Positions 49,227 through 61,763 of a stretch of DNA of 64,000 bases are shown piece by piece. The notes under the pieces were generated by a model. It did no database searches. It saw nothing but the letters and a program-made list of their open reading frames with translations, and had not been told where the DNA came from. The position numbers and the translations under genes were made by a program. The stretch is from Octopus sinensis (taxonomy: Eukaryota): NCBI RefSeq assembly GCF_006345805.1, contig NC_043000.1, forward strand, positions 37,200,001-37,264,000. Direction: 5' to 3'. The first letter of the stretch is position 1; each line of letters starts with the position of its first letter.

Positions 49227-50060
49227 CATGGAAAAATGCAAGCAAGAGATATAATATTCTTAAGATTATAAACCTGGAGAAGTATAGGACAAGTTGTTAC
49301 ACTTGGAAAAATTCAGGACAACTTATTACATCTGGTAAAGTACAAAACAAGTACTTAAAATATCACAGCTAAGGATAAAATTTGAATATTAAAAATTATT
49401 TGATTTTAATTTACAAAGTAACATCATAATTAAAAAAGGTACCATCATTTTGTTAAAATATTGACACAACAGAATACTTAAAGAATGAGAGCCAGAAGTA
49501 CCAATATAGCTAAAGTTTTATGCAAAGTAGAAGATTATATTTGGTAGGCAAATTCATTATGTCAAAAATAGGCATTGGGTCAAGACTAAAAATGTGAAGA
49601 CTTGGCAATAACTTAAGCAAGAACTCAAGCAAATTTTACAGTGAATTTGTTGTTATAGGAAGATTTTACTGTAATATAGAACTCATTTTTGAATTATTCT
49701 ATTTATTGTACTAATTATGTACTACTATTATCTTTTATTTTCAAATTTCTAATTATTAATTAACAATTAAAAATATTAATTTTTTAAAGTGCAAAAAATA
49801 TTTTGAGTTATTTTTAAAATTTTTAATAGAAGTAACAAGTAATAACAAATAGAAGTAATAAATTGTAATAAAATTTTTAGTGATAATTAAAGCTAATATT
49901 TTCTAAATCTAAATATTTTATTTAAAATTTTATCCTTAGCAGCAATATTTTAAATGAAAATTTTCTAGTTCTGTACTTTACCAGACTTAATAACTTGTCC
50001 TGTAATTTTCTAGGTTTATACTCTTAAGAATATTATTTCTCTTGCTCGCATTTTTCCATG
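49227..50060. mobile_element. Foldback/MITE with ~170-bp terminal inverted repeats
   Basis: TA|catggaaaaatgcaagcaagagatataatattcttaag ... cttaagaatattatttctcttgctcgcatttttccatg|TA. Confidence 0.85.
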
Positions 50061-51494
50061 TAATAAATTAGGTTGTAGTGTTGATGGCACAATATTTCAA
50101 AGTTGTTTTCACAAATAAAATATTGTTATTTCTCTTTCTCTATTCCACTTGTGAATGCTACATGCTAATAATCAACATTGAAGACTAATACTTACAAGCA
50201 CCCTATATCTTGTGGGTCAGGGTAATGCTTAGGGATACAGTAGACAAACAACACCAAGTTTACAATGACAACTGTTGTGATGATCTCTTCATTGTAGGAA
50301 GAACAACTTCATAGAAAGATACAACTCTAATTCCACATCTTTCTACAGAATTGATTGATTCCTATATATAATCTAACGCTCAATAGACTTTGATTAATAC
50401 ATTCACTTCAAATGTTATGTCTCAGTGACTAAAGAAAATTGTGGTTGACGCAAGCAGTGTAATTAATGCTAGGTAAGCAACAGGTATTGCAATCATAATT
50501 GCTAGTGTTGCTCTATTAGACATTGCCAATCTAAAACCTTCCACATGAAAGCTCACAGATGTTACAATCTTAGTCTGTTATTGAAGCAATTATTGATATG
50601 AACACATATCATTATAATAATATGAAACTCAGACACAGGAACTGACTGTTAAACATTTGTTAGAGGGGCAGTAAATGTTGAAGAAAAATTAAAAGCGTCT
50701 TAATTTCACATTTAACCCATTTAATAAATGAAATCTGAAACATTGGAACACAAATAGCAAATGTAATTTGAGGCCAGACAGTTGATATGTGCTAATTCTG
50801 TTAAAGAACGATCAAACTGTTTTACTGATACAAATGGTATTTTATCAGAATCAATGCATCATCTTTTAGAAGTGACTGGAAATGTGTAAAGGAATTTTTT
50901 TCACAAAGATGGGATTGGTATGCAGAAAGACGTCTTGACAATTCTCAAGTTATGAATTGCTTGGTTGATCAGAGTAAAAAAATCTGCAATCTGAGGAACA
51001 ATGTTTTAAGAACCATGATTTAATTGCAGGAGAATTTGTAGCTGTTAAGTTTTGGTTGCTATGAGGAATGGAAAAAAATCTCATATTATAGATTGAGGTT
51101 CTTCAACATTAGGCTGTTGGTTTGGTGCCATTCCTTAAACTCAGTTTTGACTGGTGAGGAATCTAAAGCTATTTAGTATTTTGTTCAATATATTAGAGTT
51201 ATAGAAACACAAGACCATTCCTCCAGGATGCTAACCACTTAACCATTGCAACTATTTTCCTGAAACATGTGGCATGTAACATATATATTGCATGTTGTAC
51301 ACCTAAGTGACATGTAACATATGGCTGCCATGTAGCATAAATACACATTTATAGAAAGAACAAGAAGCTAAATCAGACTGGAATCTGATGCAGCTCTGGT
51401 CAAACCATCCAACTTATGCTAGCGTGGAAAACGAACGTTAAAGGATGATGATGATGATGATTGATTGCTGACATAGACGCAATGCTTTGACTTC

Positions 51495-51650
51495 AGGAGA
51501 TGGATAAATCATACTGATTCCAGGACTTGACTAGTACTTTATTTTATCAACTCTAGAAAGATGAAAGTCAAATTTGGCCTTCATGGAATTTGAAATCAGA
51601 ATCTAAAGTGCCATAGTTAAATATCACAAAGCATTTGCCCAATGCTCTAA
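51495..51650 (-). mobile_element. SINE family A, degraded
   Basis: tagtactttattttatcaac...aaagatgaaag...gaatttgaaatcagaa. Confidence 0.65.
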
Positions 51651-52019
51651 TGAGATAAACTACTTTACTGATACAGAATAACACTATGCAAAGTAATGTT
51701 GTTATTTTGGATTGTGTAAAAAAAACCAAAAAAATGGCAGGCAAAAAATCATATTCATAGTCAGTGGACTGAAAAGAGAAATTGTGACAATGAGGTAAAA
51801 GTCTTTCAGGGATTATTCCTTTGAAGAGTAATAAGGACTGGGAAAAGAAGTAAAAAGGAGCTGCAATAGATGAAGTTAATTTCTTTTTAGATAGCGAAAA
51901 GTGCTTCCTTAATTTGTAATAATCCGATTCCCTAACTAAACTGATTTCTAACATTAGCATAAGGACAGGAATTTCAAAGGAGGACTAGCATCAGGTATAT
52001 TGTCTTTAGCATATTGAGT

Positions 52020-52310
52020 GATGGTGCAAGGCCAAATGGTGAGGCTGTTAGGCTCACAATCATAAGGCTATGGGTTTGATTTCTGGACTGGACAATGCAT
52101 GGTGACCTTGAGCAAGGTGTATCGTTTCAAGTTGCTCTGGTTTACTTAACTGAAAATGAGTACTAACCCTCTCCTCAGTTGTCACATCCTTGATGTTTCA
52201 CTGAGTAAAGAGTGGGAGGGCCAAGAAGGTGTTTTCGTCTGTTAGAAACTACTATGGCACCTAAAAACAATTAGCAAAAGCATGGTGCAAGTTACTCAGT
52301 CAGATTCAAG
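52020..52310 (+). mobile_element. tRNA-headed CORE-like SINE
   Basis: ggccaaatggtgagg...gggtttgatttctggac...gaccttgagcaagg...gttgctctgg. Confidence 0.6.
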
Positions 52311-52322
52311 AGTAATAGCTAA

Positions 52323-52370
<48 letters not shown>

Positions 52371-54186
52371 AGTTGCAGTTTCAGGAATTATTGACTTAGA
52401 AAGACATAATGGTATGAATAATATCAGACAAGTGCTGCAATTAACAAGATATGTGGTACAGATGCTTATTTCAACACAAGTTGACAGAAGTAGTCTATTA
52501 TTGGTACTTGTTTAATGATCTTGAGAGCATAAAAAATGAAGTCAACCTCAATGTGATTTGAACTCAGAATGCAGTTAACTCTGTATCGCATTTCACTTCC
52601 TCTCTCCATACAGAGTCTTTCTCTTTCTAAAGATTCTTTCTTATTTTTTTTTCTCCCAGTAAATTTTTTATGTGGAAATAAAGAGCAGCCTGAAATATTC
52701 AGACAGCTAGAGACAAGTTACAACTTGTATTAGACAGTCAGTGTATGTTGCTTTACTGTGCTAACAGAATCTGATAGCTAAATATAATCTGCTAGGTCCT
52801 AGGAAAGTGAAGATATTTGAGAGAATACATTGCATTGTCGGAGAGGAATAGATATATAAATGAAACAGCAAAAATCTTATGGTACATTATAGATAAATAT
52901 CAACTAATTTGCCTCAGGTTACAGTCTCTACCATCTATATCCCATTATGTAGTAGAGTCAACAGAACAGCACAAAATTCTGATTTATTGTGCATTCAGGG
53001 AACAGATAAATGCATATAAACTAGGCAAATAACTCAGTGTGTGTACTCACACACCACCACCACCACCCACATATAAACATTGATCTTTACTTATCTTTTA
53101 ATTATTTTAAATGTATGTGCTAGCATGAGTGGGATATACATGCAGATTTATATAATTCTACATGAATTTTAGAGTGAAATATTCTTGTTTAACTTCGGGT
53201 CAGCCCTGGTCAAAGGCATCCCAGCTATAACCAATCCATTTGTTTTTTCTTTTGCACATTGAGGCTTACATTATATAATGTATTCTTTTTTTATTTATAT
53301 AAGAAAAACAAATTAATTTGAGAATATTTGGCAGCTATTTCTAGCAGCTTGAGTAACCATATAAAGCCTCCACCCTCATTGTGTTGTTTCATATTTTACA
53401 ATTCAATGGATTTTCAAAAGGAAATGAAACAATTTTGAAATAAGAGCTGTGGTGATTACATTATAGAAGTCAGAGTCAGGTATATATCATAGTTCAACAA
53501 CTCAATGAAATGGCATTTTTTGCTCTGCAAAAGTAGATGGGTTTTAATAATAAATCAATCATTAGAAACATTTTATGTTTTTAATTATCTTTGAGGAAAT
53601 CTTTTGTCATTATAATGGCAAATTATTGCCTTTTTGGTCTTTAGTATAATAGTTTGTCAGTCAGAGCTTAACCTAGTAATTACTACAGGGTTTTGTCTTC
53701 TTTCTCCAATTAAGAGGGAAATTTCAACTGGGACCCATCATAAGATGGGTAACTTTGGAAGTATATTTTTATCACCATGGGTTATAAAGAAAATATGGCT
53801 TACATACAATAATTATAATCATAATTTAATTCTGATCAAATTTCTTAAAGCTTGAACAAAATAAGGTGAAGAAAAATAATTTTCAAAGGGAAAATATTTA
53901 TTACCTTAAAATGAAATAAAACAAATTTCTTATTTGTATAGTTGTACCCATAACAATAGTGTTATTTACTCACTCTTCTCCTCTTGCCTTTGTGATTCTT
54001 TCTCTATCACTGTATATGCATATGTATAGCATACCTTTACTCATTACCTGCCACCAAGCCTGCACCTCCTAAGTTAGCTCTGTCTGTATTACATTTCACT
54101 TCCTCTCTCCATACAGAGCAATATATGACTGAAAAAAAAATCAAAAATCCAATCAACCACCCAACCAACCAGCCAACACTTATATT

Positions 54187-54419
54187 TATTTCTTTATTGC
54201 CTACAAGGGGATAAATGTAGAGGGGAACAAACAAGGACAGACAGAGGGATTAAGCTGATTACATCAACCCCAGTGTGTAACTGGTACTTAATTTATCAAC
54301 CCCAAAAGGATGAAAGGCAAAGTCGACCTCAGCGGAATTAGAACTTAGAACATAATGGCAAACAAAATACCGCTAAGCATTTTGCCCAGCATGCTAACGA
54401 TTCTGCCAGCTCACCGCCT
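54187..54419 (-). mobile_element. SINE family A with a perfect 16-bp TSD
   Basis: agccaacacttatatt at 54171-54186 and 54420-54435. Confidence 0.93.
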
Positions 54420-54710
54420 AGCCAACACTTATATTGGCTATCATTATATTGAGACATGTTGCATACAGCATTCAGCATACCTGACACTTTCCTCACCTGA
54501 CAATTTTATACTATCGGCTGTTATTTCCCTTAACTCATTTTTTTTTTTTTTACTTATGCAAACATTTCCTAGTTGATTGAACCCACACAAAAGTATAAGG
54601 TCAGCTGTCCAGCTAATCCCCATCTGCTGTATTATGTCTACTAGGCTGTATGATACCTCATTCCATTGTTAGAGCTGTAAGAAGATAACTTTTTTGAATT
54701 GGTTGTTTAA

Positions 54711-54930
54711 CCCTTTAGCATTTTGATTACTCTGTCAAGTGTAATGCTTATTTATTCAAATTGGTTTGAATTAATTTTGCATTATCTCATAGCTTTAATA
54801 TTTTAACAACGTGACTGTATATGTTTAGAATCACATTGTATGGTAGTTGTAAGAGGCTGAATCTAGCTGGTTGGAACATGAAACCTGTAGAATATATGGG
54901 TCTGATATGACCGATTTAAATGCAAAAGGG
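54711..54930. mobile_element. piggyBac-like MITE (second family)
   Basis: TTAA|ccctttagcatt ... aatgcaaaaggg|TTCA; 220 bp; partial inverted copy near 18680-18760. Confidence 0.8.
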
Positions 54931-55099
54931 TTCATTTTTGTTCAGATCTTATTTCTATTTGAGATGAAATGAAATTTAATGAGATATAAACATGCACACA
55001 TGTATATCATGACTCATACACTGCTCGCTTTTCTGACATTTGTTCATAATTCTATGTATTATACATGCATCTTTGATAAGCTGTGGTACACATGAGCTA

Positions 55100-55345
55100 C
55101 TATTATCATTATTATTCAATAGTCTTATTTTTATCATGTGCTTTCACTGCACTTCCAAGCACAGCTCTGTATGCCTTGGGTATGTGGTGCTGTGGTTTGT
55201 TGTGCTGCTCTTATTTTCACTGTATTGAAAGTGTTTTACACAGGATGTGTGCAGTACCTAGTTGTCCTATTTTCTGTATCTTATATATACTTGTTAGTCC
55301 TGATCTTTTTGTTTTTGTTTTGTATTTGTCTGAATACCTAATGCA
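55100..55345 (-). mobile_element. R4/Dong-clade non-LTR retrotransposon 3' end
   Basis: Minus strand SGLTSIYKIQKIGQLGTAHILCKTLSIQ* (stop 55217-55219) fits the QK..LLGTAHILRK.L end; (TAA)n-like tail. Confidence 0.8.
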
Positions 55346-55407
55346 TCTATGATATGAATTATTTCTGTTTTTAGACTCCACATTCAAGTTACCTCTATTT
55401 CCAGATC

Positions 55408-55444
<37 letters not shown>

Positions 55445-55459
55445 AAATCAAAATGTTTT

Positions 55460-55488
55460 CTAATTGTTTCTATTTATTACAGGTAAGT
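55460..55488 (+). promoter_or_regulatory. Candidate recursive splice site (3'SS fused to 5'SS)
   Basis: CTAAT branch point 55460-55464, tgtttctatttattac, AG|GTAAGT at 55481-55488. Confidence 0.45.
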
Positions 55489-56151
55489 GGTGTTTAGACA
55501 TGGGAGTATTTTTTTCTTCATTTTTGGATGGATTTAAGTTTGTTTACATGAGAATTCTGTAAGTACTTCTTATAACTTCTATATCCCAGTTGGTTGAATC
55601 TAAGTCTAATTAAGGCAGGTAAGTTACATGACACTATGGTATAACATTATTCAAGTGTTGGAGAGTGGATCTAACTTCCTGAGCCATTTAATTCCTATAA
55701 ACTCTCCTTAAAAAAAAAAGCCTAAGAAATCTTCACTTACTGGTACAACTATAAAAGATCACTTCCATGAATGTGATATGAGGTATTATAACAAAATTAT
55801 TCCTTTATTTTAGAGTCCACCTTTAGTAAACTGTGGATTAAGTAAATGGGATACTGGTTTAAGAATGTAGTAAATACTATCATTCGTGAGCTATTCCATC
55901 ACATACAAAAGCTTACTACACTTGGCATTTCACATTATGGCAAACAAGACTTCACAATGGTACCTACCAAATGAATGCTTCCTTTTACTGCACACAGTGT
56001 CTTTCAGAGCAATTGTAAATAAAATACTGTATGGAAACTAGTTAATGTAAAACAAGGTAGAAAAATTTTTTAAAATGGCTTCTTGCATTTTATTAAAAGT
56101 CATCTATATTTTTTTAAGGGAAGGGTTTACTGAAAACTAAATCGACTATAT

Positions 56152-56555
56152 TACTCTTTTCTCTTTTTTACTCTTTTACTTGTTTCAGTCATTTGACTGC
56201 GGCCATGCTGGAGCACCGCCTTTAATCGAGCAACTCGACCCCGGGACTTATTCTTTTGTAAGCCCAGTACTTATGCTATCGGTCTCTTTTGCCGGACCGC
56301 TAAGTAACGGGGACATAAACACACAAGCATCGATTGTCAAGCAATGCTAGGGGGACAAACACAGACACACAAACACACACATATACATACATACGACGGG
56401 CTTCTTTTCAGTTTCCGTCTACCAAATCCACTCACAAGGCTTTGGTCGGCCCGAGGCCATAGTAGAAGACACTTGCCAAAGGTGCCACGCAGTGGGACTG
56501 AACCCGGAACAATGTGATTGGTAAACAAGCTACTTACCACACAGCCACTCCTGCG
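56152..56555 (-). mobile_element. SINE family B, young full-length copy
   Basis: CpG-rich; tail ggcggtgctccagcatggccgcagtcaaatgactgaaac; head cgcaggagtggctgtgtggtaagtag. Confidence 0.95.
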
Positions 56556-58180
56556 TATATGATCAATACTTACTTTATTGTCACCCTCAATATGAATGGA
56601 AATGTGACTGCCATTTCTAGCATAGCACTTAGCTGTTGGTCTACAAAAGTGGATCACAAATTCAGTTTTGTAAGCCAATGAAACAGTAAGTACCACCCAC
56701 TCCTTAAGTAGTACATGTAGTTGTGTTTAGTGGACCACTGAGAGTTAAATGATGTTCTGGAAACAATAAAATACAGCAGTGAGTGCCTTGTAGCAGCCCA
56801 ACCCATAAGAAAGTTGTTTTTACAAAGATGGTGAAATCAATTTCACTACATCTATATCTTCTATTCCAGAGTCAGAGTAAAATACACCTTGAGATAAACT
56901 GTACATTTAAAAAAATAAGAAAAAAAAACATGCACAAAAGAGTGATAAAAAGAAAAACAAAAACAATCCTAATATTTTATTATCCCTTATTTTATCAATT
57001 CTATTGATAACTGATCAGTAACCGAACATGTTTAAACCCTGATCATCTCTGACTGAGAAGATCTACGATTGCACGTATGTGACCTTCCTGATATTTTAGA
57101 GTTATTGAAAACTACTTTATTTGATGTCCTTTCTTTCTATAAGGCGGTAAGATGTAATATGAGAGAGAGATTTAGCTGCTTTTTCTAACAGAGTCAATGA
57201 CCACATACAAACTCCATTGTTAACTGAAATGATAACTATAGACATCAGTAATGAATGCGTACAAACCTTTCCTGCTTTGTTCTGTTCTTTACAAAAGCAA
57301 TGCTTCCCCACTAAAGTCTTTTTCAAAGACAAGTGAATAACAGTTGTTTCCCAGTGATATTACCAGTGAGTAATCTACACTAACTCGTTGTTGTATTGGA
57401 TTATATAAATATAGCAATAACATCTATTATAACATTTTCATAGATAAACAATACAAACAACACAAACAAACAGTTTGAGATCACTTTCTTTTTTTTTTCA
57501 TTTTCTTACAAAATATTTTTCCTTTTCTTTTCTTTTTTCCATGTTTTCATATTTCTGAAATTCTAAAAACACAAGAGTATCCGCTGGCTCCTTTCTTCAA
57601 TGAATCAGACAATATACAACTAAAATTAATCTCTATACAAGTCTCAAGATAGAATTCTTCAATGCTGATTTAGTGGAATTTAAATAGAAACTTAATTTTA
57701 TTTATTCGTATGGTTGAATAGTTGTGTAGTTTGTGGGGTGGTTGTTTGTGTTGTTATCAATGAAACCAACAATGAAGATGAATCGGTAAACAGCTTTCTG
57801 AGACATCATAATTGATGTTAATGCTTCAGTCCAATCGTTGAATTCCCTCTGGGCTACTGACATGCTACAAAGACGTTGTTGCTGCTTTAATTAATATTAA
57901 TTAGAACTCAACAAAGTAACAATATCAAATTGGTTAAAAAATTTAGTAAGAAATGGAAACACTCATATTTTTATATGCATAAATGCATTTGTGTGTGTGT
58001 ATGTCTATTTAATATATATATGAATATTGGTATGTGTATATAAATGTATAAATATATGCATGTAGACATATACATACACACACACATATAATGTCCAGCT
58101 TCCATGCTAGTAGTAAATGTCGATGATACACACACATGTATTTATGTATGCATGTATATAGATGAACATGTGTATATGTT

Positions 58181-58224
<44 letters not shown>

Positions 58225-58409
58225 AACACAAACCTGACAAGTCACTTCATTACTACCAAGAGTTTCTTATCAAGTGCAATCCTTCAAGGAAGAAGAGGAT
58301 AAAGACTCAGCTTTTGTCACTTCAAGGATCATGTGTAGAAACCTGATTAGCAACAATGTAAATCATCAGATTAAAATGGATAAACTGTATTACATTTATT
58401 TCATGTGAA

Positions 58410-58612
58410 GGCATGTGGCCTAGTGGCTAGGGTGTTGCACGCATGAACACGAGATCGTGAGTTCAATTCTTGGACTGAGAAGCATGTTGTATTCTTCATC
58501 AAGGGAATGCCAAGCCAGTGAAGTGGCACCATTTGAAAGCTGAAATGATGCAAAGTGCATTGTGACCCATGATGTATAATAATATCTAATAGTCTGGTTG
58601 ATTGTGTGACAT
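58410..58612 (+). mobile_element. tRNA-headed SINE related to 9742-10033, internally deleted
   Basis: gtggcctagtggctagggtgttgcac...gagttcaatt...gcattgtgacccatgatgtataat. Confidence 0.75.
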
Positions 58613-59097
58613 TTATTTAGCACCAAATGCTATCCAAAGACACACATGCACACACACGTACATGAAGGCTGGATAGATATAAAAAGCACAGGCATAGCCA
58701 TACAGCTAAGAAGCTTGTTTCAGAATTATGCGGTTTTAGATCCCATCATACTGTACAACTATTCGGGTCTTAAACTGTAAGCTCAGGTTGACCAATATAT
58801 TGTGAGAAAATCTGGTAGATGAAAACTGCAAGGAAGTCCATCATATGTGTGAGTGTGTTTTCCATTCAACCTCATACAGACTACCAACAACAAATAATAT
58901 GTAGCTAACACAATTCTCCTTTAATCCCTCCCCTACCACCCTTTCACTTAGCTCCCCCCATTACACTCATGCTCATAGTTTGTACATTGTAAAATGTGAA
59001 ATCAAATTCATCGACAGCGATATCATAACATTTGTACACATGATAAAAGCCATTATTCATTATACAACAATAAATATGATAGTTGATCATATAGAAG

Positions 59098-59940
59098 GTA
59101 GTGCAGAATGAAGTACAACAGGACTTGGTTCTGGTCCCTTCCCTGTCCATTATAGTCTCGCATGTCAAAGCAAACAAAAGTAAGACAGGCTGCATGTGGA
59201 AACTTCTTTATGCAGAGGCCCTACCTTTTACAGCTGAGTCTGTAGAAGAATTAGGAAAAAGATTCCAGACATAAAAACAAAATCTGTTATTAAGAGGCAG
59301 GGCCAGATTAAGACCCATTGAGGCCCTAAACACTTAAAAGATTTTGGTGCTCCCCCCCATAAAAGATTATGTAATTCAAAATATAAACGATAACAAACCA
59401 TAAAATAAATTTTTATTCTTCAAAACGAAACAAAACAGTAAGAGGGAAAATAATTTTTATTTTTGTATACTTCCACTTTATTTTTATTTGAAAAGTTTCC
59501 TCCTACTTTTTTGAATCGCAAAGTCTTTGATCAGATCCTCAAAATAAATCTTAGGTAACACATTTGCATCTATACATAGTAGAAATAAAGGCACCCCAAA
59601 TATTATATTAGCAAGTTTAAAGTGATTTCTTTTGTGCTGTAAACCATTTACCATTTCTGTGGTGCCCCCTATTTCCCTTGATGCCCTAAGCATGTGCTTA
59701 TTTTGCTTAATGATTAATCCAGTGTTGTTAAGAGGTCTTGAGAATTTTAGCAAAAAAACTGAAGTATTAATAAGTAGGAAAGAAGACAGGAACCTGCTAC
59801 CACCATGGAAATGGCTTTGTTCAATATGTAGGAAAGACATTGGTAGGAATTCTATATGACACATCAAGTGTTAACTATGGACACACAAACAGTGTAGTGG
59901 AGGTCACAAGTGGGCTGCCTGAAAAGGTAAACTTCACAAG
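59098..59940 (+). mobile_element. RTE LINE reverse-transcriptase fragment interrupted by a hAT element
   Basis: ..KTGCMWKLLYAEALPFTAESVEEL (decayed LYADD) ..NLLLRG | LENFSKKTEVLISRKEDRNLLPPWKWLCSICRKDIGRNSI (Cys-rich insert); frame continuous across the insertion. Confidence 0.85.
59298..59727 (-). mobile_element. Internally deleted hAT transposon, 430 bp
   Basis: Exact 8-bp TSD ttaagagg (59290-59297, 59728-59735); imperfect TIRs cagggccagattaa / ttaatccagtgttg; minus-strand LLCIDANVLPKIYFEDLIKDFAIQKSRRKLFK* resembles the hAT dimerisation-domain C-terminus. Confidence 0.88.
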
Positions 59941-60967
59941 AGGAAGACCAACAGATGTGCATTGGAAGGGAATATGGGGAGAAAGAAGTAGAATAAAGTG
60001 AAAGAATAAAAAAGGAAGAAGTGTCTTTGTGCTTCGTTCACCAAGAGTAAATTGTCTAAGAGGAGGAAGACAATTGAAAATATTGAAATCGGTTTTAATA
60101 ATTGAGGCAATTTGATATGTAATTTGTGTGGCTTAACAAATATATCTGCAGCTGGTCTCACATGCTAGATATCCTACAGAAGGGAACACATGTCTAGGAT
60201 AATAAATACCAATAGTTTTAGGCAATCAGTCCCCAAATTGGTACCTATAAGTTGTAACTAAGTTATTTCACTAGTATTGGAGGGCATATGAAGGCCATGA
60301 GCATAGTCGTTTGCTTCAGAAAATATACATCACATGATCTCTGACACTAAAACATTCAACTCTATATCATTAATGTACCGTCCTCTTATAAAAGAAGTAA
60401 TACTATTCACATTTCCCTTACTGAACGCATTACAATTCTTATTAGTTTTTGACATTTAGAAATAAAGTAATATGTCTATATCTATCTATCTATACACACA
60501 CATGCGCACTATATGCATCAACAGAGTGTAGGAGAAGAAGAGAAAGAGAGAGAAAGAAGGAAAGAACTGAAAAATGAAAAGAAAAAAACATGACCAAAAG
60601 GAAAACACCTCTGATGCATGCATTTGACGTGGGATCATAGAATGCTGTAAATAACACAACACCGTGGACACACTTTTCAATCCATCATACACACTTCTAC
60701 CATTGTAGACTTTAAGCTGATCTATGTGAAAGCTTATTGATCTATCAGGAATTAAATGTCACTTTCTACCGATCTATACCACTTAAAAGTTAAATAATCA
60801 ATACTTTCTGAAGTTGCTATTCGACATCATCTGAAAATTCTGCATTGTTCTTTAAAAGGGTTTAAAGTTGGCAAAGTTCAGAACGTAACTGCATTGGTTA
60901 AGGTGTCTATTGTATACAACACACTGATATTAATGTAGATATAAGAAATGAGTGTGTGCATATGTAT

Positions 60968-61187
60968 TTTCTTTTATTCTTTTACTTGTTTCAGTCATTT
61001 GACTGCAGCCATGCTGGAGCACCACCTTTAGTCGAGCAAATATACTCCAGGACTTATTCTTTGTAAGCCTAGTACTTATTCTGTCAGTCTCTTTTGCCGA
61101 ACTGCTAAGTTATGGAGATGTAAACACACCAGCATCAGTTATCAAGTGATGTTGGGAGGGGGAGGACAAAGACAAATATATACATAC

Positions 61188-61243
<56 letters not shown>

Positions 61244-61404
61244 GACAGGCTTCTTTCAGTTTTCGCCTACCAAATCTACTCACAATCTTTGGTCGGCCCG
61301 AGGCTATAGTAGAAGACACTGAACCAAGGTGTCATGCAGTGGGACCGAACCCCGAACCTAGTGGTTGGTAAGCAAGCTACTTACCACACAGCCACTCCTG
61401 CGCC
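60968..61404 (-). mobile_element. SINE family B, full-length
   Basis: Same head, body and tail as 56152-56555; internal (TA)n. Confidence 0.93.
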
Positions 61405-61410
61405 TATGTA

Positions 61411-61482
<72 letters not shown>

Positions 61483-61599
61483 CGTATGTATATATATAGA
61501 TAGATAGATACAGACAAACAGACAAATACACACACACATACACATATGTATATTTAATACATAACTATATATATATATATATAATATATATATATTTAT

Positions 61600-61763
61600 A
61601 TGATGGGTCCCTTTCAGTCTCCATCTACCAAATCCACTCACAAGGCTTTGATCGGCCCGAGGCTATAGTAGAAGACACTTGTCCAAAGTGCTACACAGTG
61701 GGACTGAACCTGGAACCAAGTGGTCGGTAAGCAAGTTACTTACCACACAGCCATTCTTGCGCC
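61600..61763 (-). mobile_element. SINE family B 5' half (tandem neighbour)
   Basis: Head through ...gaaactgaaag-like segment; a third head stub at ~61790-61812. Confidence 0.88.
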
